A stretch of DNA of 64,000 bases from Acidobacteriota bacterium (lineage in GTDB: Bacteria; Acidobacteriota; Vicinamibacteria; Vicinamibacterales; JAKQTR01), in the NCBI GenBank assembly GCA_040752275.1, contig JBFMFH010000121.1:10849-74848 (forward strand), written 5' to 3'. Shown one piece after another: positions 36,696 through 46,471 of this stretch; within the stretch, counting starts at the first letter, position 1, and every line of letters starts with the position of its first letter. The notes under the pieces are model-generated. The model was not told where the DNA came from. It was given only the letters and a program-made list of their open reading frames with translations, and searched no databases. The position numbers were made by a program, and so were the translations under genes.

Positions 36696-38525
36696 ATGCG
36701 GTGGGATCACAATCGGCGCATCGTTCCCCTGGTCGGCATGGTCGCGGCGGCGGCGCTGCTCGTGGCGGCCTTCATCCAGGGACTGCTGTCCTTCGGCCAG
36801 GTGCGAGGCGTCGTCGCGGAGGAGTTCAACGCCCAGCAACTCGTGCTCGCGCGGAACCTGTCGATGTTGATCCGCCAGGACCTGAGCTTCCTGGAACGGG
36901 AGCTGCTGGTCTTGAGCCAGCTGCCCTGCACCGGGAACGCCGCGCCCGCATGGGCCAGCCGGATGCGCAACGCGATGACGTCCATCGGAGACGGGAAGGT
37001 GATCGACGTCCGCTGCATCGACGCGTCCGGTACCACCGCGCGGATCGTGGCGGCCTCCGGGGAGGAGCGCATCGAGCAGTCTGACTTCGTGTCGGCCGCG
37101 CCGTTCGAGTGGGCCATGCACCCCGGACGGCGTGGCGAGGTACTGGTCGTACCCTCGCGACAGCCGGTCGGGCTGGCACAGCACGAACTGACGCTGATCA
37201 TGGCGACCGGGCAGTACTCGCCTCCCGTGGGGCCCGAGGGCCCGAAGCCCCCTGCCCCCGCGGGCGTCATCATGTTCGCGGTGGACGCGCCCGCGCTCGC
37301 GCGGCGGTTCACGGCCGAGGCGAGGTCCGGGACGACCGGCTACGCATGGGTCATCGATGACGAGGGGATCTTCCTGGCGCACCCGATGGCGGATTTCATC
37401 GGCAAGAACGCCTTCACCGCCCGGCACGAGCGGGATCCACACCTCGGGTTCGAGGGCATCAACGTCATCATGCGCGACCACATGCTGCGCGGCGAGGAAG
37501 GCGTGGGCGAATACGAGTCCGGGTGGCACCGCCAGGAAGTAGGGCCGGTGCAGAAGCTGATTGGCTACAGTCCGATCCGGCTCGGGCCGACGAGGTCGGC
37601 GTTGAGGTGGTCCGTGGCGGTCGTGGCCCCGACGAGCGAGGTCCAGGGCATGGTCCGCGCGCTGTTCCTGCGCCAGTTGTTCGTGCAGTCCGCCATCGCG
37701 CTCGCCATCCTGGCGGGCAGCGTCTCGCTGCTGCGCCGCGAGCGGTACTGGTCGCAGCTGCAGAAACAGAAGGAACGGCAGATCAACTTGAACTCGCGTC
37801 TCGCGGCCCTGGGCACGCTGGCGGCCGGCGTCGCCCACGAAGTCAACAACCCGATTGCCATTATCCTCGGGTTCACGGACCTCCTGCGCGAGCAGACGCC
37901 GAAGGACTCACCTTCGTCGGAGCCGCTCGAGATCATCGAACGGCAGGCCACGGCCTGCAAGCGGATCGTCGAGAACCTCGGGCGATTCGCCCGCGGGCCG
38001 GCCGGGGGCGGTGAAACCACGGATCTGAATGTCGAACTGCAGCGGGTACTGGCCATCGTGGGCAATACGCTGCTCACCGAGAAGATCCAGTGCGCGCTCG
38101 ATCTCGAGGAGTCCGTGCCACTCGTGCGCGGCGACCCGCAGGGCATCCAGCAGGTTCTGCTGAACCTGATCACCAACGCGCGTGCGGCCATGAAGTCGGG
38201 CGGCACGCTGACCCTGCGGACGAGGCGGGAGGGTGGATCCGTGCGAATGGAGATCTCGGACACCGGTCATGGGATTCCGTCACCGGTCCTCGAGCGCATC
38301 TTCGATCCGTTCTTCACCACCAAGGCGGCGGGCGAAGGTACGGGCCTGGGGCTGTTCATCAGCCACGGCATCATCCAGGAAGCCGGCGGCACGATGGCCG
38401 TCGAGAGCCGGGCAGAAACGGACGTCGGCCGGGCCGAGTCCGGCACGACCGTCCGGGTGTCGCTGCCGGTAGCGCCGTCCTCGGAGGGCGCCGACTCGGG
38501 GCAAGCCGGTCCAGCCGGAAAGTGA
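36696..38525 (+). CDS. Sensor histidine kinase with a periplasmic Cache/PDC-like domain (tentative), HK-2
   Basis: TM1, then a ~280-aa extracytoplasmic region (GYAWVIDDEGIFLAHP...WSVAVVAP), then TM2. H-box AGVAHEVNNPIAI and HATPase_c (ISDTGHGIP, GEGTGLGLFIS). Confidence 0.85.
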   Translation: MRWDHNRRIVPLVGMVAAAALLVAAFIQGLLSFGQVRGVVAEEFNAQQLVLARNLSMLIRQDLSFLERELLVLSQLPCTGNAAPAWASRMRNAMTSIGDGKVIDVRCIDASGTTARIVAASGEERIEQSDFVSAAPFEWAMHPGRRGEVLVVPSRQPVGLAQHELTLIMATGQYSPPVGPEGPKPPAPAGVIMFAVDAPALARRFTAEARSGTTGYAWVIDDEGIFLAHPMADFIGKNAFTARHERDPHLGFEGINVIMRDHMLRGEEGVGEYESGWHRQEVGPVQKLIGYSPIRLGPTRSALRWSVAVVAPTSEVQGMVRALFLRQLFVQSAIALAILAGSVSLLRRERYWSQLQKQKERQINLNSRLAALGTLAAGVAHEVNNPIAIILGFTDLLREQTPKDSPSSEPLEIIERQATACKRIVENLGRFARGPAGGGETTDLNVELQRVLAIVGNTLLTEKIQCALDLEESVPLVRGDPQGIQQVLLNLITNARAAMKSGGTLTLRTRREGGSVRMEISDTGHGIPSPVLERIFDPFFTTKAAGEGTGLGLFISHGIIQEAGGTMAVESRAETDVGRAESGTTVRVSLPVAPSSEGADSGQAGPAGK

Positions 38526-38537
38526 GGTCACAACACC

Positions 38538-38948
38538 GTGGGCGAGACGATTCTTGTTCTCGATGACGAACTCGACATGCTGCGGCTGCTGGAGACGATC
38601 ATCACCAGCCGCACCGGCCACTCGGTCGTCACGACCAACAATCCCCTTGAGCTGGAGGATCTGATGGCAGCCAGCCCGCCGTCGCTCGTGATCTCCGATC
38701 TGAAGATGCTCGGGCGGGACGGCCTGGAAGTGATCGAGACGGCACACCGGATCGATCCGACCCTGCCGGTTGTCATCATCACGGCGTACGGCAGCCTCGA
38801 ATCGGCGGAAGAGGCGATCCGCCAGGGCGCGTACGACTACATCACCAAGCCCTTCCGAAAGGAACAGGTGCTGATTGCGATCGAGCGGGCGCTCGAATGG
38901 CGGCATCTCACGCGGGAGAACCTGCGGCTGAAACAGGGGACCGCGTGA
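38538..38948 (+). CDS. Receiver-only response regulator, RR-2
   Basis: 136 aa. ILVLDDE, LVISDLKMLGRDG, DYITKPF. No output domain. Confidence 0.85.
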   Translation: MGETILVLDDELDMLRLLETIITSRTGHSVVTTNNPLELEDLMAASPPSLVISDLKMLGRDGLEVIETAHRIDPTLPVVIITAYGSLESAEEAIRQGAYDYITKPFRKEQVLIAIERALEWRHLTRENLRLKQGTA

Positions 38949-39116
38949 GGCGAGGTCCCCGTCCTCAAGACTCGCGGCCCAGCGGAGGACGGCCGCTGCT
39001 GCGGGGATGAAGACCCGAGGCTCAACCAACGAGGCACGCGCGAGGAGGCGGGGTCGTCTGACCCGGAGCCTGTGGTAGGATGCCCTCGATCGGTGGCCCC
39101 CGGACGGAGCGGACTC

Positions 39117-39515
39117 ATGGTGAATTCACCGCTACGGGTGCTGGTCATCGACGACGAGGCGATCGTCGGCAAGCGCCTGCTACTGGCCCTGACTGACAGC
39201 GGGTATGACGTGGAGGTGTTTGTCGATCCGAAGCAGGCGCTGGGCCGACTGGCAGAACGTTCGTTCGACATCGTCGTGACCGACGTGCGCATGCAGGACG
39301 TCGACGGCATTCAGATTCTCGAAGCCGTGGCCGCCCAATCGCCCGCCACCAAGGTGATCATGATCACGGCCTATGCGACCATCGAGGTTGCCCACGAGGC
39401 CATCGCGAAGGGTGTGTTCGACTTCATCCCGAAACCGTTCAAGGTCAGCGAGTTCTTGGACGTGATGTCGAAGGCGTCGGCAGCCATTCGTGCGGAATCG
39501 CCCGCGCCCGTCTGA
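39117..39515 (+). CDS. Receiver-only response regulator, RR-3
   Basis: Internal start MVNSPLRVLVIDDE at 39117. IVVTDVRMQDVDG, DFIPKPF. No output domain. Confidence 0.82.
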   Translation: MVNSPLRVLVIDDEAIVGKRLLLALTDSGYDVEVFVDPKQALGRLAERSFDIVVTDVRMQDVDGIQILEAVAAQSPATKVIMITAYATIEVAHEAIAKGVFDFIPKPFKVSEFLDVMSKASAAIRAESPAPV

Positions 39516-39572
39516 TCATGCGAGTGATGTGCCGGCGTCGCGGCAGCCAGCGACCGCCGGCCCCAGGGGGCC

Positions 39573-41186
39573 ATGGCACACAACGTGCGGGCACCGGACG
39601 CCTCTACGACGCCGGCCCTGGACGCGCACCCGGTGTCCGGCGCGGCTGAGTTCGCCGATGCCATCCCGTCGGCTGACGACCGGCTGCAGGAAGCCGCACG
39701 GCGCGCCCTCCTCGAGCGTCCGAGTGTCAGCATTCGCGCCAGGATCGCCCTCGCCTTCTTGCTGCTGCTGGCGTTGAGCGGCGGGAGCGTGCTGGCCTCC
39801 TGGTTCTTGCTCTCCCAGGCACAGCGGAAGCTCGATCTGCTCGTCGTCGTGGATCGCCTGACCATCGAAGTGCAACAGGCCCGGCGCTTCGAGAAGAACT
39901 ACCTGCTGTACGGCACGAACCTGGCGGACGCCCTCGAGCACGCGCGCCAGGCCAGTGAGTTGCTGGCTGCCCACCTGGCGGGTGGCGAACGGGATCCGGC
40001 CCTGAGCGAGCGTACGCTGGCCACACTGGCGCGCGACCTCGGCCAGTACGAGGATCTGCTCACGTCACTGGCTCGTGGAGCCCACGACCCGACAGTATCG
40101 ACGGCGGCGCAGGACCGCGATGAGTTGGTTGCGCGCGTCCGGGACCGCGGCGCGCGCACGACCTCCGATGTCCTCCAGATGGCCGCTGACGAACGCCGTT
40201 CGGTCCAGGACACACTCAACGTCGCGAAGCGGATTCCCCTCGTGCTGCTTGCGGTCACCCTTGTGCTGGCCGTGTATGTCGCCAACTTCCTCGGCCGCCA
40301 GATTGTCGGACCGCTCACCCGCTTCGTCGACGTCACGCAACGGATTGCCTCCGGCGACTTCACGCCGCTGATGCCGGCCCGCCGCTATCGCGACGAATTC
40401 TCGAATCTGTCGCTCGCCATCAACCGCATGCTGCAGGAACTCGAACACCGCTACCAGGTCATGGTCGAGTCCCACAAGCTCCGCGCGGTCGGGACGCTGA
40501 CGGCCGGTATCGCGCACGAACTGAACAACCCGCTCAACAACATCACGCTCACCGCGTCGACGCTGAGGCAGTTCCACTCCAAGCTCGACGAGCCGCAGCG
40601 CCTCGAGATGCTGGACGAGCTCGTGGCCGAGGCCGATCGATCCCAGAAGATCGTCCGCAACCTGCTCGACTTCACACGGCAGACCGAAACGGCGATCGAA
40701 CCGTTGAACCTGCGCAGCCTGATTCAGGACGTGGTCGGTCTTGCGCAGAACCAAGTGAAGCTGCATGGGTGCACGCTGGAGCTCCACGTCCCCCCTGACC
40801 TGCCGGCCATCCACGGGGATCGCAACCTGCTTCGCCAGGTGTTCCTGAACCTGCTGCTCAACGCGCTGGATGCCATCGACAAGGGCGGCCGGATCCAGGT
40901 CACGGCCGACGCCGGTCGCGAGCCTGGCTTTGTCGTCACCGATGTGGCCGACAACGGCACAGGGATCCCGCCGCACATGATCGGAGCGATCTTCGATCCG
41001 TTCTTCACCACGAAGGCGACCGGCAAGGGAACCGGCCTTGGCCTGTCGATGTCCAGGGGTATCGTGCGGCAGCACGGTGGCGACATCCGGGTCCGAAGCA
41101 GGCCCGGGGCAGGCTCGACCTTCAGCGTCCTGCTGCCGTCCACGCAAGTGGAGGCACAGATCCCAGCTGGCGCTCGCGTCCCGTAG
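39573..41186 (+). CDS. Histidine kinase with a helical extracytoplasmic domain, HAMP, HisKA and HATPase_c, HK-3
   Basis: Two TM helices. HAMP (GPLTRFVDVTQRIASGDFTP). H-box AGIAHELNNPLNN. VADNGTGIP, GKGTGLGLSMS. Confidence 0.85.
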   Translation: MAHNVRAPDASTTPALDAHPVSGAAEFADAIPSADDRLQEAARRALLERPSVSIRARIALAFLLLLALSGGSVLASWFLLSQAQRKLDLLVVVDRLTIEVQQARRFEKNYLLYGTNLADALEHARQASELLAAHLAGGERDPALSERTLATLARDLGQYEDLLTSLARGAHDPTVSTAAQDRDELVARVRDRGARTTSDVLQMAADERRSVQDTLNVAKRIPLVLLAVTLVLAVYVANFLGRQIVGPLTRFVDVTQRIASGDFTPLMPARRYRDEFSNLSLAINRMLQELEHRYQVMVESHKLRAVGTLTAGIAHELNNPLNNITLTASTLRQFHSKLDEPQRLEMLDELVAEADRSQKIVRNLLDFTRQTETAIEPLNLRSLIQDVVGLAQNQVKLHGCTLELHVPPDLPAIHGDRNLLRQVFLNLLLNALDAIDKGGRIQVTADAGREPGFVVTDVADNGTGIPPHMIGAIFDPFFTTKATGKGTGLGLSMSRGIVRQHGGDIRVRSRPGAGSTFSVLLPSTQVEAQIPAGARVP

Positions 41187-41194
41187 CGGGTGGG

Positions 41195-42298
41195 TCAGGA
41201 CCCGGCCCTCGGCACGAGGGTCCGGCTCCCCGAGATGGCGGCCTGGACCGCTAGGCGCTGGCGGTGCGCCTTGACGACCAGCGTCAGGATCATCGCCAGT
41301 CCGGCGAGTCCCGCCGCAAAGAGCAGGCCCTTGCTCACGGCATTCAGGTAGGCGTCCGCGCCCGCATCCAGGGACACCATGCCGAGATGGTGCAGGTAGA
41401 TCGGGATGGCGACGGCACGACTCAGCACACACACGAGGATGACCACGGCTGTCACGAGCCGAATCATCACTTGGCGTACGATCTTGGTGCCGTAGGTACC
41501 GACGAAGATCCCAAAGAGCGACCCGGCGTAGAGCAGCAGTGTCAGCCGGATGTCCACCATCCCCTGCCAGGCATAGCTGAGGCAGCCGAACCCACCCATG
41601 AACATCGCGAGGTAGAGTTCCGTGCCTGCCGCAACGGCCGTTGGCACCCCGAACAGGTAGATCATCGCCGGCACGCCCAGGAACCCGCCGACGCCGATCG
41701 TGCCCGCCATGTACCCGACCGCCAGGCCAATGATGAGGATCAACCACAGGGACACGCGGGTCTCCGACACCCGGAAGTGGATGATCGGCGGCAGGCTGAG
41801 GTTCGATAGGACCGACGCCAGTCGCGATGCCTGTGCCTCCCGGCCCCTCAGCGTCCGCCACACTTCGTGCATGACCGAGGCCCCAACCACCGAGAGGACG
41901 GTGACGAACACGACGCTGATGTACAGATCGCCGGCGGCGCTCCCCGACGATCCTCCGTGCCCATCCCCCCCCGCGTCGAAGAGTCGCGTGTTCACCCAGA
42001 CCGCGAACTGGATCCCGATGAAGCTCGTGGCGATCATGAACGCGGCCAGCCGGTGATCGACATGCCCGAGCTCGCAGTGCTTGCGCGATCCAACGAGGGC
42101 CTTGCCGAACTTGTGGGTGATGTTGCTGCCGACGGCAATGATCCCCGGGACGCCGAGGTTCATCATGCCAGGGGTCATGAAGAAGGCTCCCCCGCTGCCG
42201 ATGAATCCGGAGAGGACGCCCCCAATGAAGCCCAGGGCGATCACTTGCAGTACCGCGCTCACATCCAGCGCGATGAAGCCGTCAAGACCGGTGAGCAT
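41195..42298 (-). CDS. TauE/SafE (TSUP) permease, long subfamily, third member
   Basis: Real start MLTGLDGFIAL at 42298 within track ORF 41195..42739. GFIGSGGAFFMTPGMM and GTIGVGGFLGVPAMIYLFG repeats. The central loop motif IHFRVSETRVSLW resembles IVTFDVAQVRCSMW and IHFPASGMTCSLW in the other long copies. Confidence 0.8.
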   Translation of the reverse strand: MLTGLDGFIALDVSAVLQVIALGFIGGVLSGFIGSGGAFFMTPGMMNLGVPGIIAVGSNITHKFGKALVGSRKHCELGHVDHRLAAFMIATSFIGIQFAVWVNTRLFDAGGDGHGGSSGSAAGDLYISVVFVTVLSVVGASVMHEVWRTLRGREAQASRLASVLSNLSLPPIIHFRVSETRVSLWLILIIGLAVGYMAGTIGVGGFLGVPAMIYLFGVPTAVAAGTELYLAMFMGGFGCLSYAWQGMVDIRLTLLLYAGSLFGIFVGTYGTKIVRQVMIRLVTAVVILVCVLSRAVAIPIYLHHLGMVSLDAGADAYLNAVSKGLLFAAGLAGLAMILTLVVKAHRQRLAVQAAISGSRTLVPRAGS

Positions 42299-42369
42299 GG
42301 GAGGTTCTCCAAGCGCATCCGCAATCCTGGCCCGGGTGAGTGCCGTCGCACCATGCGCCGGGCCGTCGA

Positions 42370-43884
42370 TTAGTCGAACCGCAACAGCCGTGCCAACAGA
42401 CCCAGCACCGATCCGAACATCCAGGCGAAGATCGGCGTTCCGATCGCCAGGGCGCCCATGGCGAGTATCCGATCGAACCGGCCATCTCCTGCCGCGATGA
42501 AGCGGATGATCGGCTCCTGATTCGTGAACACCACGAGATAGACGAGCGCCACCGCGAGACCTCCCGTCACCAGCTTGGCCGCTTCGGGCAGGCCAACATG
42601 CAGCCGGCGCTTGAGATCGTCCACGCCGACCACGGGCACGCCGAGGCGGTCCGCCAACGCCGTCTGCAGCTCGCGCGCGAGCCTGCCCCGGACCACATCG
42701 GGCTTGTCCTTGAAGACGTTCCCGACAACGACGAGACAATGCCGCGCCTGGGGTTCGAGCGCGACGGGCAGGAGATCGGCCGCAACCACCTTGGCTTCAC
42801 CCGGTCGCCCGCGTCCGAGTAAGGCGTCGAGGGTGGCCTCAATGTCTTCATCGTCCGACCCGATCGCGGCGGCGCCGTTCTCACCGTCGAAGACGACGCC
42901 GCCATCGTCCTCAACGCCGGGCTGTCGGGCCGAGCGGGCCCGCACGGCCACGGTCCGCATCTCGGCAGCTCCTGGCTCCGGGGAGGCCTTCAACAGCTCC
43001 ACCGAGGCGTCCCACCGCTCCGCCAGATCCGCGATGTGGGGGAATGCGTCCGACGATGGCGAGAAGTGCTCGTCGATCCACAGCAGACTGGTGGCGGCAA
43101 TGGCGGTGTGAAGCTCCCTGACGCCCTCGAGGCCCTCGAGTACCCGAGGAACGTCCGGAGCGATGCTCGCCTGCTGTGGCAGGTGCTTGACACTCAGCAC
43201 GCCGTTGTGGGCGGTGATGACGACGTCGGCCTGCGCCGTCCTGGGGTCCACACCCAGGCGCACCCGGGCCCGCGCGGCCAGCAGGAGATCACGAAGACGC
43301 AGCGTCGATGCCGGAGTGGGCTTGAACTCCGGAAGCTCAGACACGGCGCAGACGGCGGTCGCGGCGTTTGACACCGCCATGTGTTCGAGGTTGATGATCA
43401 GGTCGTAGTGGGAGGGATCGGACCAGTCGACCCCGTAGAGGAAATCGACCCAGCGCGCGCGATCAGCGTCTACGCCGCGGATGTACTTCTTGGCCTGTTC
43501 CCTGGAGATGTTCATCCGCGCCATGGCGGCCTTGATCCGGAATTCCTGATCGGCGTTCACCCGCACGCGAAGGACGTGCGTGACACCCGGCAGCAGGAGG
43601 TGCGCCGCATGGCCGTGATACACGAGGTTGCCGGACAGGGCGCGCTCCCCCAGGGTGGCGGTGATGGCCGCCAGGTACATCTCGCGCTCGCGGGCGAAAC
43701 CCCGGAACGTGGCCGGCGCCTTGACCATGGCGGCCTTCAGACGCGAGACGGGCACGCCGAACTTGCGTGCCGCCTCGCCCAACACCTCGGACTCGGTGCA
43801 GTCGCATCCGAGCTTCTTGGCGAGTTCCTCGGCGAGCAGGCGTCCGCCGCTGAAGGTGCCCCGGGAAATGGTCACGATAGGCAT
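42370..43884 (-). CDS. Cytidylate-kinase-like (Cytidylate_kin2) protein with BON-like segment, acidic linker and C-terminal 2-TM anchor
   Basis: Start MPIVTISRGTFSGGRLLAEELAKKLG at 43884, with GAGGTG 8 nt upstream. Colinear with the two 268-aa CK-like/BON proteins over the first ~270 aa. The C-terminus has two hydrophobic helices (LVTGGLAVALVYLVVF; ILAMGALAIGTPIFAWMFGSVLGLL). Confidence 0.65.
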   Translation of the reverse strand: MPIVTISRGTFSGGRLLAEELAKKLGCDCTESEVLGEAARKFGVPVSRLKAAMVKAPATFRGFAREREMYLAAITATLGERALSGNLVYHGHAAHLLLPGVTHVLRVRVNADQEFRIKAAMARMNISREQAKKYIRGVDADRARWVDFLYGVDWSDPSHYDLIINLEHMAVSNAATAVCAVSELPEFKPTPASTLRLRDLLLAARARVRLGVDPRTAQADVVITAHNGVLSVKHLPQQASIAPDVPRVLEGLEGVRELHTAIAATSLLWIDEHFSPSSDAFPHIADLAERWDASVELLKASPEPGAAEMRTVAVRARSARQPGVEDDGGVVFDGENGAAAIGSDDEDIEATLDALLGRGRPGEAKVVAADLLPVALEPQARHCLVVVGNVFKDKPDVVRGRLARELQTALADRLGVPVVGVDDLKRRLHVGLPEAAKLVTGGLAVALVYLVVFTNQEPIIRFIAAGDGRFDRILAMGALAIGTPIFAWMFGSVLGLLARLLRFD

Positions 43885-44218
43885 CGCGATGTCACCTCGT
43901 CCGGCCGAGCCGAAGCTCGGCACCGGGGGCGGGCATCACGGGGGCCGAGACACGCAGGGGGCAACGCGCGGCGGGCGACCGACCCGCATGGCGCCGAACG
44001 GGCCGCCTCCATGGACACGCCCGATCCGTCGTCTCCGGACGGCGGAGTTGGCTACCGCGGCCGGGTCGAGCGCGCCCTACCGCAGAGCAGAGACCGGGGC
44101 TTCGGATCCGGCGCATCCCAAGCCCGGCGCTCTCCGGCGCTCAGGTGAGTCGACCACGCGCCGAGAGCAAGGCCTGCGGCCCTGGGGCGAACAAGGCCAA
44201 CACACGTGAGCTCCATGG

Positions 44219-46435
44219 TCAGTTCCCGAAGTGAATCGCGTACAGGATCGGCGCCAGAATCATTGCGACGACGCTGATGAGCTTGATCAGGATGTTGAGC
44301 GACGGCCCTGACGTGTCCTTGAACGGGTCACCCACGGTGTCGCCCGTGACCGTCGCCTTGTGCATGGCGTCATAGGCCTCGCCGTAGGTCTTGAGCCCCT
44401 CTTCCTTGACCTGCTTCTTCGAGTTGTCCCAGGCCCCGCCCGCGTTCGCCTGGAAGATCGCCAGGCACACGCCCGAGATCGTGACGCCGACCAGGAGGCC
44501 ACCGAGCATGTCGGGCGAATAGAGCCCGACCGCGAGCGGCGCGAGGAGCGCCATCAGCCCCGGTGCCACCATCTTCTTGATGGCCGCCGCCGTGGCGATG
44601 TCCACGCAGTGCGCGTACTCCGCCTTGCCGTCGGCCTTGCGGATGACCTCTTGCTCCTCGGCCGTGGGCTCGCGCTCTTCGGATTCGGCCCGCCGGGCCG
44701 CCGTCAGGGCGGGCCGGAGTTCCGGGATGTCACGGAACTGCCGCCGCACTTCCTGAATCATGTCCTGTGCCGCCTTGCCGACGGCCACCATGGCCATCGC
44801 TGAGAAACGGAACGGCAGCATGCAGCCGAGGAGTAGTCCGACGAGGACGTAGGGGTTGGCCGCATCCATGTCGACCCTCCCGTGCATCTTCGTGAGGAAC
44901 GCGGCCGTCAGGGCCAGCGCGGTGAGCGCCGCCGACCCGATGGCGAAGCCCTTGCCGATGGCGGCCGTCGTGTTGCCCACGGCATCGAGCTTGTCGGTGC
45001 GCGCCCGGATGTCACGCCCGAGGCGCGACATCTCGGCGACGCCGCCGGCGTTGTCCGCAATCGGACCGTACGCGTCGGTTGCCAGCTGGATGGCCAGCGT
45101 CGAGAGCATGCCGACGCCCGCCAGCGCGATCCCGTAGAGGCCCGCGAACTCGTAGGCCACGATGATCGACAGGCCGATGACGATGATGGGCAGTGTCGTG
45201 GAATTCATGCCGACGGCGAGGCCCTGGATGATGGTGGTGGCGGGCCCGGTCTTCGACGCCTCGACGATCGTCTTCACGGGCCCCTTGAAGGTAGCCGTGT
45301 AGTACTCGGTAATGAGTCCGACGGCGATCCCGGCGACCAGGCCGCCGACCACGGCGAGCATGACACCCCACCAGCTGTACGTATAGGTCTGCCCCGTGAT
45401 GATGTCGGGTACCTGCACGCCGCCGACGGGAATCATCCAGCGGATGGCGAAGACGGTACCGATCACCATGAGGATGCCGGCTCCGAAGGTGCCGCGGTTG
45501 AGGCCGTCCTGAGGATTGCCGCCTTCTCTGGTTCGCACGAAGAGGAAGCCGATGATGGATGCCATGATGCCGATCAGGGCGACCATGAGAGGCAGGTAGA
45601 CGGCGTTGAGGCCGATGGCCGGATTGACGGCGGTCAGACCCTGGACCCAGGCGACGCCGAGGATCATCGCAGACACAATGGCGCCCACGTAGGATTCGAA
45701 CAGATCGGCGCCCATCCCGGCAACGTCACCCACGTTGTCGCCCACGTTGTCGGCGATGGTCGCCGGATTGAGCGGGTGATCCTCGGGGATGCCGGCCTCG
45801 ACCTTGCCGACCAGATCCGCGCCGACATCAGCGGCCTTGGTGTAGATGCCGCCGCCCACGCGGGCGAAGAGCGCGATGGACGAGGCGCCCAGCGAGAAAC
45901 CCGACAGGTTGTTGAGCACCAGCATCATCACCTTCTCGCTCGTCAGCGAGTCGGGGTACATCTGGGTGTACACGAAGAAGAGGGAGCCCAAGCCGAGCAG
46001 TGCCAAGCCCACCACGGACAGGCCCATCACCGAGCCGCCGCCGAAGGCCACCATCAAGGCGTCGTTCAAGCCCTTGCGTGCCGCACTGGCCGTCCTCGTG
46101 TTCGCCGCCGTGGCGGTCTTCATGCCGAAGAACCCGGCCAGCGCCGAGCAGATGGCTCCCAGCACAAAGGACAGCGCGATGAACGCGTTGGTGTCCTCGG
46201 ACACGAAGTAGTTCGAGATGCCGAGCAGCACCGCAACCGCCAGGACGAACCAGGCGAGAAACTGGTACTCCCGCCTGAGGAACGCCATGGCGCCGTCCCC
46301 AATCCACGATCCGATCATCTTCATCCGGTCCGTGCCGGGATCCTGGCGCCTCACCCAGGCCGCACGCATGTACGCGTAGATCAACGCCAGAATCGCCACA
46401 ACAGGCACGACGATCACAAGGTTCTTCGGCTCCAC
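44219..46435 (-). CDS. hppA: Membrane-integral ion-translocating pyrophosphatase
   Basis: 738 aa with a GTG start preceded by [34 protein letters not shown] and [10 protein letters not shown] motifs. Confidence 0.93.
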   Translation of the reverse strand: MEPKNLVIVVPVVAILALIYAYMRAAWVRRQDPGTDRMKMIGSWIGDGAMAFLRREYQFLAWFVLAVAVLLGISNYFVSEDTNAFIALSFVLGAICSALAGFFGMKTATAANTRTASAARKGLNDALMVAFGGGSVMGLSVVGLALLGLGSLFFVYTQMYPDSLTSEKVMMLVLNNLSGFSLGASSIALFARVGGGIYTKAADVGADLVGKVEAGIPEDHPLNPATIADNVGDNVGDVAGMGADLFESYVGAIVSAMILGVAWVQGLTAVNPAIGLNAVYLPLMVALIGIMASIIGFLFVRTREGGNPQDGLNRGTFGAGILMVIGTVFAIRWMIPVGGVQVPDIITGQTYTYSWWGVMLAVVGGLVAGIAVGLITEYYTATFKGPVKTIVEASKTGPATTIIQGLAVGMNSTTLPIIVIGLSIIVAYEFAGLYGIALAGVGMLSTLAIQLATDAYGPIADNAGGVAEMSRLGRDIRARTDKLDAVGNTTAAIGKGFAIGSAALTALALTAAFLTKMHGRVDMDAANPYVLVGLLLGCMLPFRFSAMAMVAVGKAAQDMIQEVRRQFRDIPELRPALTAARRAESEEREPTAEEQEVIRKADGKAEYAHCVDIATAAAIKKMVAPGLMALLAPLAVGLYSPDMLGGLLVGVTISGVCLAIFQANAGGAWDNSKKQVKEEGLKTYGEAYDAMHKATVTGDTVGDPFKDTSGPSLNILIKLISVVAMILAPILYAIHFGN

Positions 46436-46471
46436 CGTCTACCTCCTCTGTCCAGCGCAAAGATAGAGATT

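Noticed and set aside
43885-44218. 334-bp GC-rich spacer between hppA and the long CK-like gene. I checked it for a riboswitch, an sRNA or a small ORF (track ORF 43892-44116).
   Set aside because: I could not recognise any riboswitch consensus or strong hairpin/terminator by eye. The 74-aa ORF is Arg/Pro-rich junk. It remains unexplained and is not reported as a feature.
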